NCBI RefSeq assembly: GCF_000007005.1
Contig: NC_002754.1
Length of the DNA stretch: 64,000 bases
Reading direction: 5' to 3' (one strand)
From: Saccharolobus solfataricus P2
Lineage (GTDB): Archaea > Thermoproteota > Thermoprotei_A > Sulfolobales > Sulfolobaceae
Shown: piece by piece, positions 62,667 to 64,000 of the stretch
Numbering within the stretch: the stretch's first letter is position 1
Layout of the letters: each line of letters opens with the position of its first letter
Notes under the pieces: model-generated
The model's database searches: none
What the model was told of the DNA's origin: nothing
The model's input: only the letters and a program-made list of their open reading frames with translations
Program-made: the position numbers and the translations under genes

Positions 62667-62721
62667 TATCATTACTTAAGACTTTCATCATTTTTCAGAC
62701 GCTGGCGAATCAATCATCTAA
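62667..62721 (-). ncRNA. Box C/D guide sRNA (minus strand); predicted target tRNA-Leu(UAA) U34
   Basis: Minus strand: degenerate C (TAGATGA/ATGATTGA); guide TTCGCCAGCGT; D' CTGA (62695-98); AAAA; C' TGATGA (62685-90); guide AAGTCTTAAGTA; D ATGA (62669-72). Confidence 0.7.
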
Positions 62722-62782
62722 CCTAAAATTATAGACAGAAAAATTTAAATCTTATTAGGGCTACCCTAATAATAGTGAGAAA

Positions 62783-63706
62783 ATGATAAGCATATCCACA
62801 CTACTAAATCCACCGGAAGGATTAACCATTTCAGAAATTCTTCTAATCTCAGTAATATTAGGTATGCTACATGGTGCAACTCCTGATGAACATACATGGC
62901 CAATAACGTTCAGCTATGCAATAGGTAAATATAGTTCAAAGGGAGGAATGAAAGCTGGATTTTTATTTTCCTTAGGTTTTACTATTCAAAGAGCATTTTT
63001 AACCACAATAGGTTTTATAGGTCTAGCAGCAATCTATGAAAAATACAATTTGGATGGTCCAGTATATACCATTGTCGGTATCGTTATGGCTATTGCAGGC
63101 TCTTATATCCTAAAAGGAAGATATTTGCATCTACCAATAGACGTTCTATTTAAAAGCAAATATCATAACACAAAAACTACTGGAGCAGAATTGCACGACG
63201 TGCCTTTAAAGATGACTATAGTTCATGGTCTAATTGCTGGTTTTGGTTTTGGAGCTTATGCTAGTATAATAACGTTTGTTTTAGCGCCTCAACTACCCTC
63301 AATAGTTTACGCACCATTACCTGGATTAATGTTTGGAATAGGGACAATGATTATGCAAATAATCTTTGGGGCTATATTTGGCAATATATTACGAGCAAAG
63401 AAGTTAACTGAGGAAAAAATATCATACGTTGCAAGGAAAACCGCGGGAAGAACGCTTTATTATGGTGGCTTAGTATTTACTATAGTAGGTTTGCTCATAA
63501 TAGGGTTCCCCATTATTGATAATTTTGCAATATCGACTGGAAATCCAATACCTAATCTTGATGCTATAGATATAGGATTTCTATTAGTGATCAGCGTTGT
63601 TGGTATCATAGGTATAAGTAGTATAATACTAGGAATTAAAGAGGCTACTAGGTTATCTGGTACAAACCAGAAACCGGGTAGCTTATCTGGATACAAAAAG
63701 TCTTAA
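62783..63706 (+). CDS. NiCoT/UreH-like multi-TM protein
   Basis: GMLHGATPDEHTW and VHGLIAGFGFG motifs. Confidence 0.55.
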   Translation: MISISTLLNPPEGLTISEILLISVILGMLHGATPDEHTWPITFSYAIGKYSSKGGMKAGFLFSLGFTIQRAFLTTIGFIGLAAIYEKYNLDGPVYTIVGIVMAIAGSYILKGRYLHLPIDVLFKSKYHNTKTTGAELHDVPLKMTIVHGLIAGFGFGAYASIITFVLAPQLPSIVYAPLPGLMFGIGTMIMQIIFGAIFGNILRAKKLTEEKISYVARKTAGRTLYYGGLVFTIVGLLIIGFPIIDNFAISTGNPIPNLDAIDIGFLLVISVVGIIGISSIILGIKEATRLSGTNQKPGSLSGYKKS

Positions 63707-63744
63707 GTTAAAACGTTTTTAAGATCGAAAGGTATTTTAGTTTT

Positions 63745-64000
63745 ATGTATAGTGATTTCTTCAACTCCATAGCTTTTAAATGGCAAGCGGAATGGGAGAA
63801 AAGTAAAGTATTCGAAACAAATATGGACTACTCTAAGCCTAAGTTTTTCATAACGGTTCCTTTTCCTTATACAAATAGTCCAATGCATGTAGGTCATGGA
63901 AGGACTTATATTACTGCAGATATTTACGCTAGATATTTAAGGATGAAGGGTTATAACGTATTATTCCCATTTGCTTTCCAATTTACGGGTACACCTGTTT
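63745..64000 (+). CDS. leuS: Leucyl-tRNA synthetase, 3'-truncated by window edge
   Basis: [47 protein letters not shown] (HIGH motif). Confidence 0.95.
   Translation, partial: MYSDFFNSIAFKWQAEWEKSKVFETNMDYSKPKFFITVPFPYTNSPMHVGHGRTYITADIYARYLRMKGYNVLFPFAFQFTGTPV

Overview
IS-free core-genome segment of a Sulfolobales crenarchaeon, almost certainly Saccharolobus (Sulfolobus) solfataricus. Proteins and gene order match my recollection of roughly SSO0427-SSO0504; this was not verified by any search. It is gene-dense and AT-rich. Information processing: TrmI, the rps24e-rps27ae-kae1-bud32-rdgB (KEOPS) operon, EndA, GlyRS, TrpRS, LeuRS (partial), Rpo12, aIF1/SUI1, TFB, AlaX, Elp3 plus a Trm9-like methylase, PriX, XPB-Bax1, an ESCRT-III paralog and Smj12. 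Metabolism and transport: Thi4 with a ThiR-like regulator, UbiX, agmatinase, succinate-semialdehyde reductase, a probable GDGT ring synthase, ThrC, ProC, Tat, Pst, a FecCD/Btu-type ABC importer and an MMPL transporter. Two tRNAs are present (Gln-UUG, Gly-GCC). Features the ORF track misses: rpoP, a frameshifted SUI1, the scrambled 5' end of kae1, two small ORFs, and three box C/D guide RNAs. Two of these sRNAs carry homologous guides; three of their four guides are predicted by the N+5 rule to hit the wobble base of tRNA-Leu(CAA), tRNA-Leu(UAA) and tRNA-Val(UAC). Best candidates for undescribed systems: the wobble-guide sRNA pair, a second NurA-like/HerA module outside the mre11-rad50 operon, a GT-C-like membrane protein plus tandem-domain surface glycoprotein, and a rhomboid + site-2 protease operon. 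No CRISPR array, transposase or integrase was seen.
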